A DNA stretch of 64,000 bases from Geopsychrobacteraceae bacterium (GCA_963676795.2 CAXXTB010000001.1:608001-672000); one strand, 5' to 3'. Shown: positions 1 to 10,305, counted from the first letter of the stretch. Program-made: numbers and translations. Notes: generated by a model from the letters alone, not told the origin.

Positions 1-26
1 GTCTCTATTTGTGTAGCAGCAGGGCG

Positions 27-302
27 TCAGGGGAGGACCTTGTTCCAGCGGTCGATCGTCACCGATGCAAACAGCCCGGCTTTGGCATAGGGGTCGTTGG
101 CGGCAATGGCCTCGACTTCCGCCTTGTCAGCAACATCAAAGATCACAATCGATCCGCACATCTCTTCTTTTTCATTGAGAATGCCGCCAGCGGCGAACAG
201 CTTCTCTCCCAGGCTTTTGAGGAATTCAACGTGGGCCGGACGGTTTTCCATGCGCACCGGCAAATGACCGGCTTTATCAAGACAACGGACGACAAACAGC
301 AT
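27..302 (-). CDS. YciI family protein
   Basis: 91 aa MLFVVRCLDK...RPAHVEFL...GSIVIF...DPY, the YciI pattern; GGAG RBS before the ATG at 302. Confidence 0.85.
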   Translation of the reverse strand: MLFVVRCLDKAGHLPVRMENRPAHVEFLKSLGEKLFAAGGILNEKEEMCGSIVIFDVADKAEVEAIAANDPYAKAGLFASVTIDRWNKVLP

Positions 303-504
303 ATAAGGTCTCCTTCTGTGGGAAAATTGAGACCTATTGAATAGCCCAGCGGCCGGATTATTCCTAGATTTTTTTCCGCGCGCAATATTTTTGCCCTGCT
401 TGCTCCTCAGCAGCACGTTCAGAATTGCCTCCCCAGACAACTGAGGCGGCTGCTGGTCATGCCGGAATGAAGCAGGTATGATTGACATCTAAAAAGGGGA
501 ATCG

Positions 505-885
505 ATGAAAAAAATCATGTTGATTGCATTGCTGACCGCCCTGCTAAGCGGCTGTGCCGGTCATTCTGTTCCAAACGAGGGGCAGAGCTCTTTTGAGCAG
601 ACTGGTAAGGCGTCCTATTATGCCGCCAAATTTGAAAACAGAAAAACGGCCAGTGGTGAACTTTATAAAAGCACGAAACTGACTGCTGCACACCGCAGCC
701 TGCCCTTCGGGACCCGGGTGAAGGTTACCAATCTGGCCAACGACAAGACTGTCGTGGTCAGAATCAATGACCGTGGTCCCTTTGTCAAAGGGCGGATCAT
801 CGACCTGTCAAAAACGGCCTTCAGTAGCATTGGCAGGCTCAGCGAAGGACTGCTTATGGTCCGCTTCGAGGTTGTTTCCGAGTAA
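505..885 (+). CDS. rlpA: RlpA-family (double-psi beta-barrel) lipoprotein without SPOR domain
   Basis: Lipobox [29 protein letters not shown] and RIIDLS motifs. Confidence 0.9.
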   Translation: MKKIMLIALLTALLSGCAGHSVPNEGQSSFEQTGKASYYAAKFENRKTASGELYKSTKLTAAHRSLPFGTRVKVTNLANDKTVVVRINDRGPFVKGRIIDLSKTAFSSIGRLSEGLLMVRFEVVSE

Positions 886-937
886 CCTACACGTATGGAC
901 TGTATAGTGTGTCAGCTTCTGTAGGGGCTGGTTCTGG

Positions 938-1648
938 TTAATTCGTTGCAATTGCTGTTTCCTTGGCCATGCACTCGCGGAGCTTCTGCCGGTCCGCTGA
1001 AGGCAGGGGTTCAAATGTGACGGTAAAGCCCCCGTCGATATGCCTGACGATCCTGCCATCGAGCTCAAACCAGATCTCCTCGTTTTTTTTGCCCTGAAGA
1101 GAGAAACGAACCCTGATGCTCTCTCCTGCCTCGGGGAGGGGGCGAGCAGTCGTTATGGCGCAGCCGCCCAGCGAGATATCGAGCAGTTGCCCTGAGGCTT
1201 TCTCATTGGGCAAGCTGTAGTCGACCGCTTTGTTGCGCAGCTTGATACGGATATGGGCGCGTTTGGAGTTGTTGTCGAGAAATGCGTCGGCTTCAGCCAG
1301 ACTGTTGACGTGGGTCGCCTCGTAGCCCTGTCTGCTGACGGCAAAATTCTGAAACTGAAGATTTATCAGCTGCCTGTCGTCGACAACCCGGACGACGTGG
1401 TTGACGCCGTGGGCAATCAGATATTGCATGATTTTTGTCAGGGTCGAGACGGCAGAGATATGACCGTAGCTCACTTCGGTCAGATCGAGAATGAGGGAAA
1501 AATCCGGCTTGAGATCAGCCACGGCAAAACGGATCTCGGTGAAATAACTGTCGATATCTTCTTTGCCCACATTGCCGACGCATTTACAGTATAGACGGTT
1601 CTTTTGTGTGTCGATACGGACAGTATTTCTCTTTGCCAATGCAGTCAT
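938..1648 (-). CDS. PilZ-domain c-di-GMP effector with an N-terminal STAS/SpoIIAA-like domain
   Basis: RAHIR (RxxxR) and DISLGG (DxSxxG) motifs; N-terminal alpha/beta domain (LILDLTEV...VVRVV); start chosen at MTALAK. Confidence 0.75.
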   Translation of the reverse strand: MTALAKRNTVRIDTQKNRLYCKCVGNVGKEDIDSYFTEIRFAVADLKPDFSLILDLTEVSYGHISAVSTLTKIMQYLIAHGVNHVVRVVDDRQLINLQFQNFAVSRQGYEATHVNSLAEADAFLDNNSKRAHIRIKLRNKAVDYSLPNEKASGQLLDISLGGCAITTARPLPEAGESIRVRFSLQGKKNEEIWFELDGRIVRHIDGGFTVTFEPLPSADRQKLRECMAKETAIATN

Positions 1649-1909
1649 GATCTCTCGACGCTTCGAGCGGAAACGCAATTTTCTTTCAATTATACCCTGC
1701 AGGACGATCAGCTCAACCGGGTGATGCGGCCCAATCGGCGGGTTGTTTCTCAGCCAAAATCTCATACCGCATACTTGTGGTAAAGTATTAACGTATGGCC
1801 GGGCTGTAGAAGGTTTGAACAGCGGCTGGTTTCTGTTGGACATTATCTGTTGTCGGTAGCTTCGGTTATCACTTTCTTGTATTCCGGATTGACTTCAGAA
1901 GGGCTGCTT

Positions 1910-3787
1910 ATGAAGCCTGGCGTGATAATTGGCGTAATGATCGGTGTGCTGCTGTCTGGGCTGAATCCTCCGGCGTTTGCCAATGCGCAGCTGCTGGCAG
2001 ACTACTCTCCACATATTATCGCGGACGTCCTTTTTATCCTGGTCCAGATGGTTTTGATCGGCCTGTTGGTTGCCAGTCGCAGCCGGCTTAAAAAAGCTCA
2101 AAACAAGCTTCGCCGGCAGAGTGACGATCTCGAACTCATGGTGGCGGCGCGCACCGAAGAACTGCGGCAATCTCAACAACTCCTGGAGACCGCAAAGTCT
2201 GTTGCCAATCTGGGCATCTGGGAGCTTGATCTTGTTCATAACCGTTTAAGCTGGTCGGATGAGATGTATATCATCTTCGGCTTGGATAAAGAAACCTTTG
2301 CACCTTCCCGGGAGGCATTTCTGGAACTGCTCCCTGCTGACGACAGGGCTGAATTGATATCCTCCTATCAGCACTCTTTGGCTACGCAGAACAAATTCCA
2401 GCTGGTTCACAGGGTCAGGCTCAGAAACGGCCGGGCCAAATGGATTGAAAGTCAGTGTGCAACCCGGTTCGATGAACAGGGGACGCCTCTCTATTCTTTG
2501 GGAACAGCGTACGATATAAGCCGTCAGAAAGACACCGAAGAGAAATTCAAAACCTACCTGGAGCTGGCCAGCGACGGCATCCATATTCTCGATGAAAAAG
2601 GCAATGTGTTTGAATGCAGTCACTCATTCGCCGAGACCATGGGCTACAGCTACGAAGAAGCTTTAACGCTGAATGTCAGGGACTGGGACAAGGATGTCTC
2701 GCTAACGGCAGAGGCCCGGCTGCGCCGGCTGATGAACAAGCCGGAAACCTTTGAGGCTGTTTACTGCAGAAGGGACGGCTCGACATTTAACGCCATGGTC
2801 AGCGCCAAGGGGATTGAGCTGAACGGAGTGAGAATGCTCTATGCCTCGGTGCGGGATATTACCGAGCAGAAACGTGCTGTTGAGGAACACCTGGCCAAGG
2901 AGAAACAGCTTCAGGCCATTACCGACTCCAGCCTGGACGCGATTATTCTGATGAATCCACGCGGAGAGATCACCTTCTGGAATCCGGCTGCCGAACGGAT
3001 TCTGGGCTACCAGGCTGGTGAAGTCATAGGTAAGAACCTGCATAAACTCCTGGCGCCGGAGCGCTATCATTCAGAACATCAAGCTGCTTTTCCACGGTTC
3101 ATCAGGGAAGGAGCTGGAGATGCTGTCGGAAAAAGCCGTGAATTTTACGCAAGGCACAAAGATGGTCATGAGATCGCCGTGACTCTGTCTGTTAGCGCCA
3201 TCCTGCAGGAGAATCAGTGGCACGCGGTAGGGACGATCAGGGATATCACGCGGCAAAAGGAAGCAGAAGCTGAGCTCGGTCGTCTGCTCGATGATCTTGC
3301 CGAGGCCTCAGTGACCGATAAGTTGACCGGGCTGTTCAACCGCAGAAAGCTGGATGAGAGCTTTGACTATGAAATTCAACGAGCCGAACGCTACTGCTCG
3401 ACTTTTTCAATTATTCTGCTCGATATGGATCATTTCAAAAGCGTGAACGACAAATTCGGGCACCTGATCGGAGATGAGGTTCTCAAGGCTTTAGCAACAA
3501 TTCTCAGTGAGAATATTCGTTCTGTCGATATCCTTGGGCGCTGGGGTGGGGAGGAGTTTCTGATCATCTGCCCCCAGGCCGATTTGGCCAGTGCTGCGAT
3601 TCTCGCGGAAAAACTCCGTAAGGCTATTGCGGATTATGACTTTCCTGGCGTTGGTCATAAAACCTGCAGTTGTGGTGTCGCGAGCTGGCTGGCTGGTGAA
3701 AATAGCAATGCTGTTGCAGAAAAGGTCGATAAGGCTCTTTATCGGGCCAAGGAGCAGGGGCGTAATTGCATCGTCATCGAAGAATGA
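1910..3787 (+). CDS. Membrane-anchored diguanylate cyclase with three PAS/PAC domains
   Basis: N-terminal hydrophobic segments, three PAS-PAC repeats ending in DIS/DIT, DKLTGLFNRR, DMDHFK and RWGGEEF with an RSVD I-site. Confidence 0.92.
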   Translation: MKPGVIIGVMIGVLLSGLNPPAFANAQLLADYSPHIIADVLFILVQMVLIGLLVASRSRLKKAQNKLRRQSDDLELMVAARTEELRQSQQLLETAKSVANLGIWELDLVHNRLSWSDEMYIIFGLDKETFAPSREAFLELLPADDRAELISSYQHSLATQNKFQLVHRVRLRNGRAKWIESQCATRFDEQGTPLYSLGTAYDISRQKDTEEKFKTYLELASDGIHILDEKGNVFECSHSFAETMGYSYEEALTLNVRDWDKDVSLTAEARLRRLMNKPETFEAVYCRRDGSTFNAMVSAKGIELNGVRMLYASVRDITEQKRAVEEHLAKEKQLQAITDSSLDAIILMNPRGEITFWNPAAERILGYQAGEVIGKNLHKLLAPERYHSEHQAAFPRFIREGAGDAVGKSREFYARHKDGHEIAVTLSVSAILQENQWHAVGTIRDITRQKEAEAELGRLLDDLAEASVTDKLTGLFNRRKLDESFDYEIQRAERYCSTFSIILLDMDHFKSVNDKFGHLIGDEVLKALATILSENIRSVDILGRWGGEEFLIICPQADLASAAILAEKLRKAIADYDFPGVGHKTCSCGVASWLAGENSNAVAEKVDKALYRAKEQGRNCIVIEE

Positions 3788-3793
3788 ATAAAT

Positions 3794-3826
3794 GAAGCGC
3801 CATTCAGATTATCTGAATGGCGCTTC
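3794..3826. terminator. Perfect 16-bp inverted repeat between convergent genes, probable bidirectional terminator
   Basis: gaagcgccattcagat-t-atctgaatggcgcttc. Confidence 0.7.
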
Positions 3827-3865
3827 CGTCTTACTTGTAAATACAATTGTCAGGCGCTGAGACGT

Positions 3866-4090
3866 TTATAGCAGCATGCGAGGGACGCAGACCTGATCAG
3901 CTGTTTCAGCGGGCTGGCCACAGGTGTCGCAGATGTAATGCATTTCGTCCTTGATCGAATCGCACATGGCATTCAGATCGCCGTCAAAGCCGCAGGACCC
4001 GGTATTGCTGACAATTTCGACCGGTTTGCAGAGATTTGATTTCTCATCGGTCACAACACCACAGGTTCCACATTTATATTTGTCGCTCAT
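3866..4090 (-). CDS. Small Cys-rich protein with a duplicated CxxC...C motif
   Basis: AAGGAG RBS; YKCGTCG...NLCKP and YICDTCG...QVCVP. Confidence 0.75.
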   Translation of the reverse strand: MSDKYKCGTCGVVTDEKSNLCKPVEIVSNTGSCGFDGDLNAMCDSIKDEMHYICDTCGQPAETADQVCVPRMLL

Positions 4091-4212
4091 CTTAATTCTC
4101 CTTGGTTTCGAGGAAAGAAGTTAAATATGACCGTCATTGTCATATTTTGATATTAAGAAGTTTAGCGGGCTGTGACAAGGGGGGAGGAGACAAAAATTCA
4201 GTCGGGAAATGA

Positions 4213-4239
4213 TCCGGACGGCCTGAGGGGCCGTCCGGG
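4213..4239 (-). terminator. GC-rich hairpin after the kinase stop codon
   Basis: ccggacggcc-tgagg-ggccgtccgg. Confidence 0.5.
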
Positions 4240-4249
4240 AATGATTAAT

Positions 4250-7200
4250 TCAGATGGGCAGGGTGATGGTCATGGTCGTACCGACCCCTTCTGTGCTGTC
4301 AACCTTGATCGATCCCTGATGTTTCTTGACGACGATATCGTAGACGATCGACAGTCCCTGGCCCGAACCCTTGCCGACTTCCTTGGTGGTGAAGAAGGGC
4401 TCGAAAATGCGGTCCTTGATATCATCCCTGATACCGGCTCCGTTGTCGGAAACCGTCATCATGATGGCGTTAGCGACAGTTTTCGTGGTAATGCGGATTT
4501 CTCCCGGGGTTGTTGAATCGTTTTTCTCCCTGATCGCATCGGCTGCGTTGACGATCAGATTGAAGAGGATCTGGCTAATGGCGCCCGTTTCACAGAAAAT
4601 TGACGGCAGTTCCGGGTCGAGGTCGGTCTTCAGTTCGGAAACGTATTTCCATTCGTTTCTGGTGACGATGCTCGCGCTATCGATCAGGTGGTTCAGATTA
4701 GTTGCCGCTTTTCCGCCGCCGCCGGGGTGGGAAAATTCCTTGAGCGCCGCGACGATCCTGGTGACGTGATCGACGCCGCCAAGAGCGTCGTTGACCCCTT
4801 CGATCATCTCTTCCCGGACAAAGTCCAGGTCTGCGGCTTCGATCAGCCTGGTCAGGTTGACTTGCCAGTCGGGGTTGGCAAAATTTTCCGGCTGGTCAAG
4901 GGTGTTCTGCAGCTCGTCGAGCAGCGGGGCAATGTCTTCAAAAGACGATTTGAAGAATGACAGGTTGTTCTGGATGTACTGCAGCGGTGTGTTGATCTCA
5001 TGTGCGACGCCAGCCGCCAGCTGGCCGACCGCTTCAAGCTTCTGGGCCTGCAGCAGCTGGCGTTGCAGGGTGCGCTCATGGCTGACGTCGCGCCAGAGAG
5101 ATACATAGTGGGTGATTGTACCTTCGGAGCTGCGAACTGGTGAGATGGTTGTTTCCGTATCAAACAATGATCCGTCACGTCGGCGATTGGTCAGTGCCCC
5201 TCTCCAGACTTTACCGCTAAGTAAGGTCTTCCAGAGCTCGCTGTAAAATTCGTCCTCGTGAATACCGCTTCTGAATATGGTGGTATTGATGCCATACAAG
5301 TCCTTTACCGGCCAACCGCTCATATGTTCACTGGCCAGATTACCATACTGGATAATTCCTTCCGTATCGAAGACGATGACGCCATCGGAAGTCTGTTCCA
5401 GAACCGTGGCCTGGAGTTTGCGGTTTGTCTCTGCTTTATGCCTTGACGTCACGTCGCGCAGGAAGACAACCTGATCGTGTTGGGCATTTTGAGACTCAGA
5501 TTTTGACGCATGATACTCGATGATCAGTTCTTCTTTATCTCCGTTCAGGGTAAAGGATCCTATCGGCTGATATTGTCGGATATCAGCCAGAGTCTTCAGG
5601 ATCTGGTTTTCCAGAGTATTGCCGCTAAAACCGTAGGTTTCATTCCAGTCTTTTAGCAGCTGGTCATAGGTTTCATTGCTCTGAACCAGTCTCGATTCAT
5701 GGTTGAAGACCAGCAGACCGCCGGGAACCGTATTGAGAATATTTTGAATGAACTGGCTTTGTTGCTTGGCCTGGTCGACGGCCTGTTTCAAGTCGCTGAT
5801 GTCTTTTGCGCCAGCAATGACACCGATGGTCTCGTTGAGGAAATTGGTCAGTCGGGCCAGGTTGACCGAAACCGGTTGCTTGGTGCCGTCGGCGGCGACG
5901 AGGGTCATCTCAATATTTCTCAGTTCAGATTTTGCTGCGGTCTCCGGAATGAACGGAAATTTGAATGCTTTCTTGACCTTATCCGGGTCGTCGGCAAAAA
6001 GTTCGCAGGCCTGGCGGCCGATCAGTTCGTCTTCCGGATAGCCGAGCAGCAGGCTGGTCTCCTTGTTGACCCGGGTGATTCTGGCATCGGGACCGACCAC
6101 GATCAGGCTGTCGAGAAAATCACTGATCACCGAATCCGCTTCATTGCGGGCATCGTTGGCCTCGTGCATGGCGGCATTCAGTTTCCTGCTCATGGTGTCG
6201 AAGTTGCGGACCAGATTGTCGACTTCGTCGATGCCTGACAGGTGACTGTCTCCGGCTTTACGATCATGGCCGAGCTCTTTGGTCCTTTCCGAGAGTTCGG
6301 CGATCGGCAGGGCGATCTTGCTGGTCAGCTTTTTCGAGGAGATGAGCAGAAAGGCGAAAAACAGGGCATAGAAGAGCAGCATGGCGACGATGGCGATCAG
6401 ACCAACCCTGTTACTGAGCTGCTTCAGGCTGGTGATCGGCGCAAACACCGCAGTCTTCCCGATCATGGTCAGCATCCGCCAGCCGGTCTCGTCGATGATT
6501 TCCTGGCTGACCAGGTAGTCGACACCATCGATTGTCATCGAGGTAATCCGCTCTCCTGAGTCGAAGAGCCTGGTGAATTGTGCCCGGATCGCTTCATTAT
6601 GACTCTTCAGGACGTTGAAGTCTTCCGGCTTTTCAACGGTCGACATGATGTTTTCGGTGTACTGATGGGGCCCCAGCTCCTTCAGGTTGAAGATCTTTTC
6701 AACCCTGTCCTGCATGGCCAGGATCGTGCCGCTGTCATCAACCATGAAGGTTCCGGCACCCCAGGGGATCTTGAGGTTGAGGATATGCTGGACAAAGGCG
6801 TCGATGGTGACGTCCAGGCCACTGACCCCTTCGAGGAAATCGCCCCGGTAAACCGGTACGATGACGGAAATCATCCAGCCCTGACCGGCCGGGTCGAGGT
6901 AGGCGCCGGTCCAGACCGGTTTGCGTTGCGGGTTATGCGCGGTATCGGCGTCGTAGTAGAAGTTGTAGTCCTCCATGTGGATCGCCGGCCCATACTGGGC
7001 CGGGGCGTCGGGCATGAAGGGGTAGAGCCGGTTCATGTCATCCCAGGTGTTCAGGTAGGCCTGGGTGACCAGATCGTTGGTCTCGACAATCGAGATCAGG
7101 AGCGGGTCGAGCATCTCGCTGCAGCGCGCCTTCTGCATTTCTGTGGGACCGATCTTTGTCGTTGCCGAATAATAGAGGGAGCCGCCGCCGTTATCCGTTG

Positions 7201-7543
7201 TTTTGTAGTAGGCCCCGTTGTCGTGACCGGCGAATCGGGGTTCCCTGTTCGGCAGAAAGCAGCTGTCCTCTCTGCTGAAGAAAGCCTGATGATCACGCTG
7301 CATGATCACCGCAAGATCTGAAATTTCCTCCAGCTGGCGATTGATCGACAAAACTTCCCGTGAAGCGATCTCCTCGATGTTTTTTGTCGCTTCACTGAGC
7401 AGGGTCGAACGGTTCTTTTCCGAGATATAGTAGTTGATTCCGAAGTAGAGCAGGAGCAGGGTCACTTCGATGACGAGAATCGGAATCAGTGCGCTTTTCA
7501 GGTAGTTTCCGTAGATCAGCGAATGGATACTTTTCTGTTTCAT
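4250..7543 (-). CDS. Sensor histidine kinase (dCache, HAMP, multiple PAS, NtrB-type core)
   Basis: Two TM helices around a dCache region (WTGAYLDPAG...GLDVTI), PAS repeats, GVAHEINTP H-box, NLIVNAADA, DNGAGI, FEPFFTTK and GSGQGL. Confidence 0.93.
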   Translation of the reverse strand: MKQKSIHSLIYGNYLKSALIPILVIEVTLLLLYFGINYYISEKNRSTLLSEATKNIEEIASREVLSINRQLEEISDLAVIMQRDHQAFFSREDSCFLPNREPRFAGHDNGAYYKTTDNGGGSLYYSATTKIGPTEMQKARCSEMLDPLLISIVETNDLVTQAYLNTWDDMNRLYPFMPDAPAQYGPAIHMEDYNFYYDADTAHNPQRKPVWTGAYLDPAGQGWMISVIVPVYRGDFLEGVSGLDVTIDAFVQHILNLKIPWGAGTFMVDDSGTILAMQDRVEKIFNLKELGPHQYTENIMSTVEKPEDFNVLKSHNEAIRAQFTRLFDSGERITSMTIDGVDYLVSQEIIDETGWRMLTMIGKTAVFAPITSLKQLSNRVGLIAIVAMLLFYALFFAFLLISSKKLTSKIALPIAELSERTKELGHDRKAGDSHLSGIDEVDNLVRNFDTMSRKLNAAMHEANDARNEADSVISDFLDSLIVVGPDARITRVNKETSLLLGYPEDELIGRQACELFADDPDKVKKAFKFPFIPETAAKSELRNIEMTLVAADGTKQPVSVNLARLTNFLNETIGVIAGAKDISDLKQAVDQAKQQSQFIQNILNTVPGGLLVFNHESRLVQSNETYDQLLKDWNETYGFSGNTLENQILKTLADIRQYQPIGSFTLNGDKEELIIEYHASKSESQNAQHDQVVFLRDVTSRHKAETNRKLQATVLEQTSDGVIVFDTEGIIQYGNLASEHMSGWPVKDLYGINTTIFRSGIHEDEFYSELWKTLLSGKVWRGALTNRRRDGSLFDTETTISPVRSSEGTITHYVSLWRDVSHERTLQRQLLQAQKLEAVGQLAAGVAHEINTPLQYIQNNLSFFKSSFEDIAPLLDELQNTLDQPENFANPDWQVNLTRLIEAADLDFVREEMIEGVNDALGGVDHVTRIVAALKEFSHPGGGGKAATNLNHLIDSASIVTRNEWKYVSELKTDLDPELPSIFCETGAISQILFNLIVNAADAIREKNDSTTPGEIRITTKTVANAIMMTVSDNGAGIRDDIKDRIFEPFFTTKEVGKGSGQGLSIVYDIVVKKHQGSIKVDSTEGVGTTMTITLPI

Positions 7544-7739
7544 GTCAGCTCCTGGCGCTTCTATGCGCAGGCGAGGGATTCTTTGATGTTACATTGGCAA
7601 AGACCAATGTCAAGTTTTTAACAAAGTGGCGAATTCAGTTTCCAGGGACGTGAGAAACAAGCAGAAAAAAATGAAGCATTGCTAATCTTTGTGGAAAATG
7701 AGATCATGCTAACCTGTTTCCGGCACAAAACAGGTGACT

Positions 7740-8840
7740 ATGATCGATTTTTCCCAGAAATACGTTCTCTTTGTCGATGACGACCCGGCCATGCTGCGCA
7801 GTATCCGGCGGCTTCTTCATCATGTTGAAGACTGCTGGACCAGTCTCTATGCCCAGTCTGTTGATGAAGCGCTGAAAATCATCGCTGAAACCCGGGTCGA
7901 TGTTGTCGTGACCGATGTCGATATGCCTGAGAAGAGTGGTTTTGATCTCCTTATGTGTCTACGCGGCACGCCTGAAACCCCCGATCTGCCGGTGCTGATC
8001 GTCACCGGTAAAGGACAATCCGGCCTGAAAGGCAAAGCCCTGAACCTGGGAGCGACCGATCTGCTGGCCAAGCCGGTAGAGCTTGAGGATCTGCTGCCGC
8101 GTATCCGTAATATGCTCAACCTGAAACATTATCAGGATCAGATCAAGGATCAGAACCGGTTGCTCGAGGAGAAGGTCCGTGAGCGGACACGGGAGCTGGA
8201 ACAGTCACAACTGGGGCTGATCTGGCAGCTGGCAAAGGCAGCCGAGTGCCGCGATACCGACACGGGGAATCACATTGCCAGGGTCGCTTATTACTGCCGG
8301 ACCCTGGCCCGAAAAGCAGGGCAGGACGAAGGTTTCTGCCAACAGATCTTTCGCGCCAGTACCCTGCATGATATCGGCAAGATCGGCATAGCGGACGATA
8401 TCCTGCTGTTTCCGGGGCGCCTTTCACAAGATCAGCGTAGCCAGATGGAGCTGCATCCTGCGCTCGGTGCCGAGCTGCTCCGCCAGACCTATTCTCCGCT
8501 GCTCAATGTCGATCAGATCTGTTTTCCTCCTGAAAAGAATCCTCTTCTGGAAATGGCTGCGGATATCGCTCTCTCTCACCACGAGTGCTGGGATGGCAGT
8601 GGCTATCCTCATGGCTTGCAGGGGGAGGCAATTCCTCTGGCTGCACGGATCTGTGCGATTGCCGATGTGTTCGATGCCTTGACCACGAAACGTCCATACA
8701 AAGAGCCGTTCACCGAGGATGTTGTGCTGAAAATTATGAATGAAAAGTGTGCCGTTCACTTTGATCCACAGCTGTTTGTTTGTTTTGAAGAGAGTCTTGA
8801 CGAATTCAATCAGATTAAAATGACCCTGATGGATGATTAA
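7740..8840 (+). CDS. RpfG-like response regulator with an HD-GYP c-di-GMP phosphodiesterase domain
   Basis: REC domain (VDDD, TDVDMP, AKP), ECRD, HDIGK, HHECWDGSGYP and RPYK. Confidence 0.92.
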   Translation: MIDFSQKYVLFVDDDPAMLRSIRRLLHHVEDCWTSLYAQSVDEALKIIAETRVDVVVTDVDMPEKSGFDLLMCLRGTPETPDLPVLIVTGKGQSGLKGKALNLGATDLLAKPVELEDLLPRIRNMLNLKHYQDQIKDQNRLLEEKVRERTRELEQSQLGLIWQLAKAAECRDTDTGNHIARVAYYCRTLARKAGQDEGFCQQIFRASTLHDIGKIGIADDILLFPGRLSQDQRSQMELHPALGAELLRQTYSPLLNVDQICFPPEKNPLLEMAADIALSHHECWDGSGYPHGLQGEAIPLAARICAIADVFDALTTKRPYKEPFTEDVVLKIMNEKCAVHFDPQLFVCFEESLDEFNQIKMTLMDD

Positions 8841-10154
8841 ATGAATCAGAAGCTTAAGGTTCTTGCTGTTGATGATGATACCGTCCTGCTGGCTTCTCTG
8901 CGCAGAACCTTGGGGGACGAGTCGATCGCGCTTTTCACGCTGTCGAATCCCTATGAGGTCGTTGATGAGCTCAAGCGTCGGAAGATTGACGTTGTGCTGC
9001 TCGATCTGCGCATGCCGGGACGCGGCGGGATGGATGTGCTCAAAGATGTCAAGACGCTGTGGCCGGAGCTTCCGGTGCTGATGCTGACCGGCACTGGCGG
9101 CATCCAGGATGCGGTTGAGGCGCTTAAAGCCGGGGCCGACGATTTTCTGGAAAAACCCTGCGCGCCGCATCTTCTGCAAGCCAAGCTGGCAGAATACAGT
9201 CCGCAGCAGAGAGCGGTGGAAGCGCTGTCCGGGGCTGAGCTGTTTCCTGACCTGATCGGTGAATCTCCGGCCATGCTGAACCTCAAGCACCTGATCCGGA
9301 AAATCGCTGTTTCCGAGGCCAGCATCCTGGTTCATGGCGAGACCGGGGTCGGCAAGGAGCTGGTTGCCCGTTCAATCCATGGCTTAAGTCTGCGCATGGG
9401 GAAGCCCTTTGTTGCTGTGGATTGCGCCAGCTTCAGTGAACAGATTATCGAAAGTGAATTGTTCGGCCATTGCCGTGGTGCTTTTACCGGGGCGGAACGA
9501 AACAGGCAGGGGCTCTTCCAGGTGGCTGACGGGAGCTCGCTGTTCCTCGACGAGATCGGCGAGTTTCCCATGGAGCTCCAGGCCAAGCTGCTGCGTGCCC
9601 TGCAGGAACGCCAGGTCCGCCCCGTCGGTTCCAATACCACGATTCCGGTCGATATCCGCCTGATCGCGGCGACCAACCGGAACCTGGAAGAGGAAGCTGA
9701 ACAGGGGCGGTTCCGCAGTGATCTGTATTTTCGCCTTGCGGCCATAGAGATCGAGGTGCCGCCGCTGCGGGAACGAGCTGAAGATATCCCGCTGATCGTC
9801 GCTCACTTTCTCGCCCGTCAGGGGGGCGGTTCGGGCTGCGATGCCGAGGCGCTGGAGCTGTTGCAGAATTATCCCTGGCCCGGCAATATCCGGGAATTGG
9901 AAAACGTCCTTACCAGGGCCGTCGCTCTGGCCGGTGGGGCGCAGCTCGGTGTGAGGGACCTCCCCGCCAAGCTGGTAAAAACAACCTTTGTCACAGATAA
10001 AATTTCGCTGGCCCTGTCGGAGAAAGAGACCCTGGAAACGGCCCTGGCCGCTGCAACTGGCAACCGAAAGGAGGCCGCGCGGATTCTTGGTCTCAGTGAA
10101 GCGACGCTCTACCGAAAACTGAAGAAGGCGGGACTCTCAAAAGTGAGAGACTGA
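8841..10154 (+). CDS. Sigma54-dependent NtrC-family response regulator
   Basis: REC domain, GETGVGKE, GAFTGA, LFLDEIGE, WPGNIREL and Fis-type HTH. Confidence 0.95.
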   Translation: MNQKLKVLAVDDDTVLLASLRRTLGDESIALFTLSNPYEVVDELKRRKIDVVLLDLRMPGRGGMDVLKDVKTLWPELPVLMLTGTGGIQDAVEALKAGADDFLEKPCAPHLLQAKLAEYSPQQRAVEALSGAELFPDLIGESPAMLNLKHLIRKIAVSEASILVHGETGVGKELVARSIHGLSLRMGKPFVAVDCASFSEQIIESELFGHCRGAFTGAERNRQGLFQVADGSSLFLDEIGEFPMELQAKLLRALQERQVRPVGSNTTIPVDIRLIAATNRNLEEEAEQGRFRSDLYFRLAAIEIEVPPLRERAEDIPLIVAHFLARQGGGSGCDAEALELLQNYPWPGNIRELENVLTRAVALAGGAQLGVRDLPAKLVKTTFVTDKISLALSEKETLETALAAATGNRKEAARILGLSEATLYRKLKKAGLSKVRD

Positions 10155-10180
10155 CCGGCTGTCACTCTCATTTCTGCAAG
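10134..10180. promoter_or_regulatory. Putative tandem enhancer (UAS) sites for a sigma54 activator
   Basis: ctctca-aaag-tgagag (10134-10149) and ctctca-tttc-tgcaag (10165-10180), 31 bp apart and 110-160 bp upstream of a -24/-12 element. Confidence 0.55.
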
Positions 10181-10290
10181 TCCGGCTCCGGCCTGTGGAC
10201 GGGAAATTGCTCTGTGATTTCCCGTTTGTGTTTTTGTAAATTACCGATCTTTCTAAGTTCTTCCGGTTTTTTTGGCAAATATTCATGGAT

Positions 10291-10305
10291 TGGCCTGAAC
10301 CTTGC
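10291..10305 (+). promoter_or_regulatory. Sigma54 -24/-12 promoter
   Basis: TGGCCTGAACCTTGC with exact GG-N10-GC spacing, 52 bp before the CheY-like gene. Confidence 0.75.

Noticed and set aside
1649..1909. N-terminal extensions of the PilZ and cyclase ORFs given by the ORF track
   Set aside because: They would leave no room for divergent promoters; the downstream ATGs fit domain boundaries better
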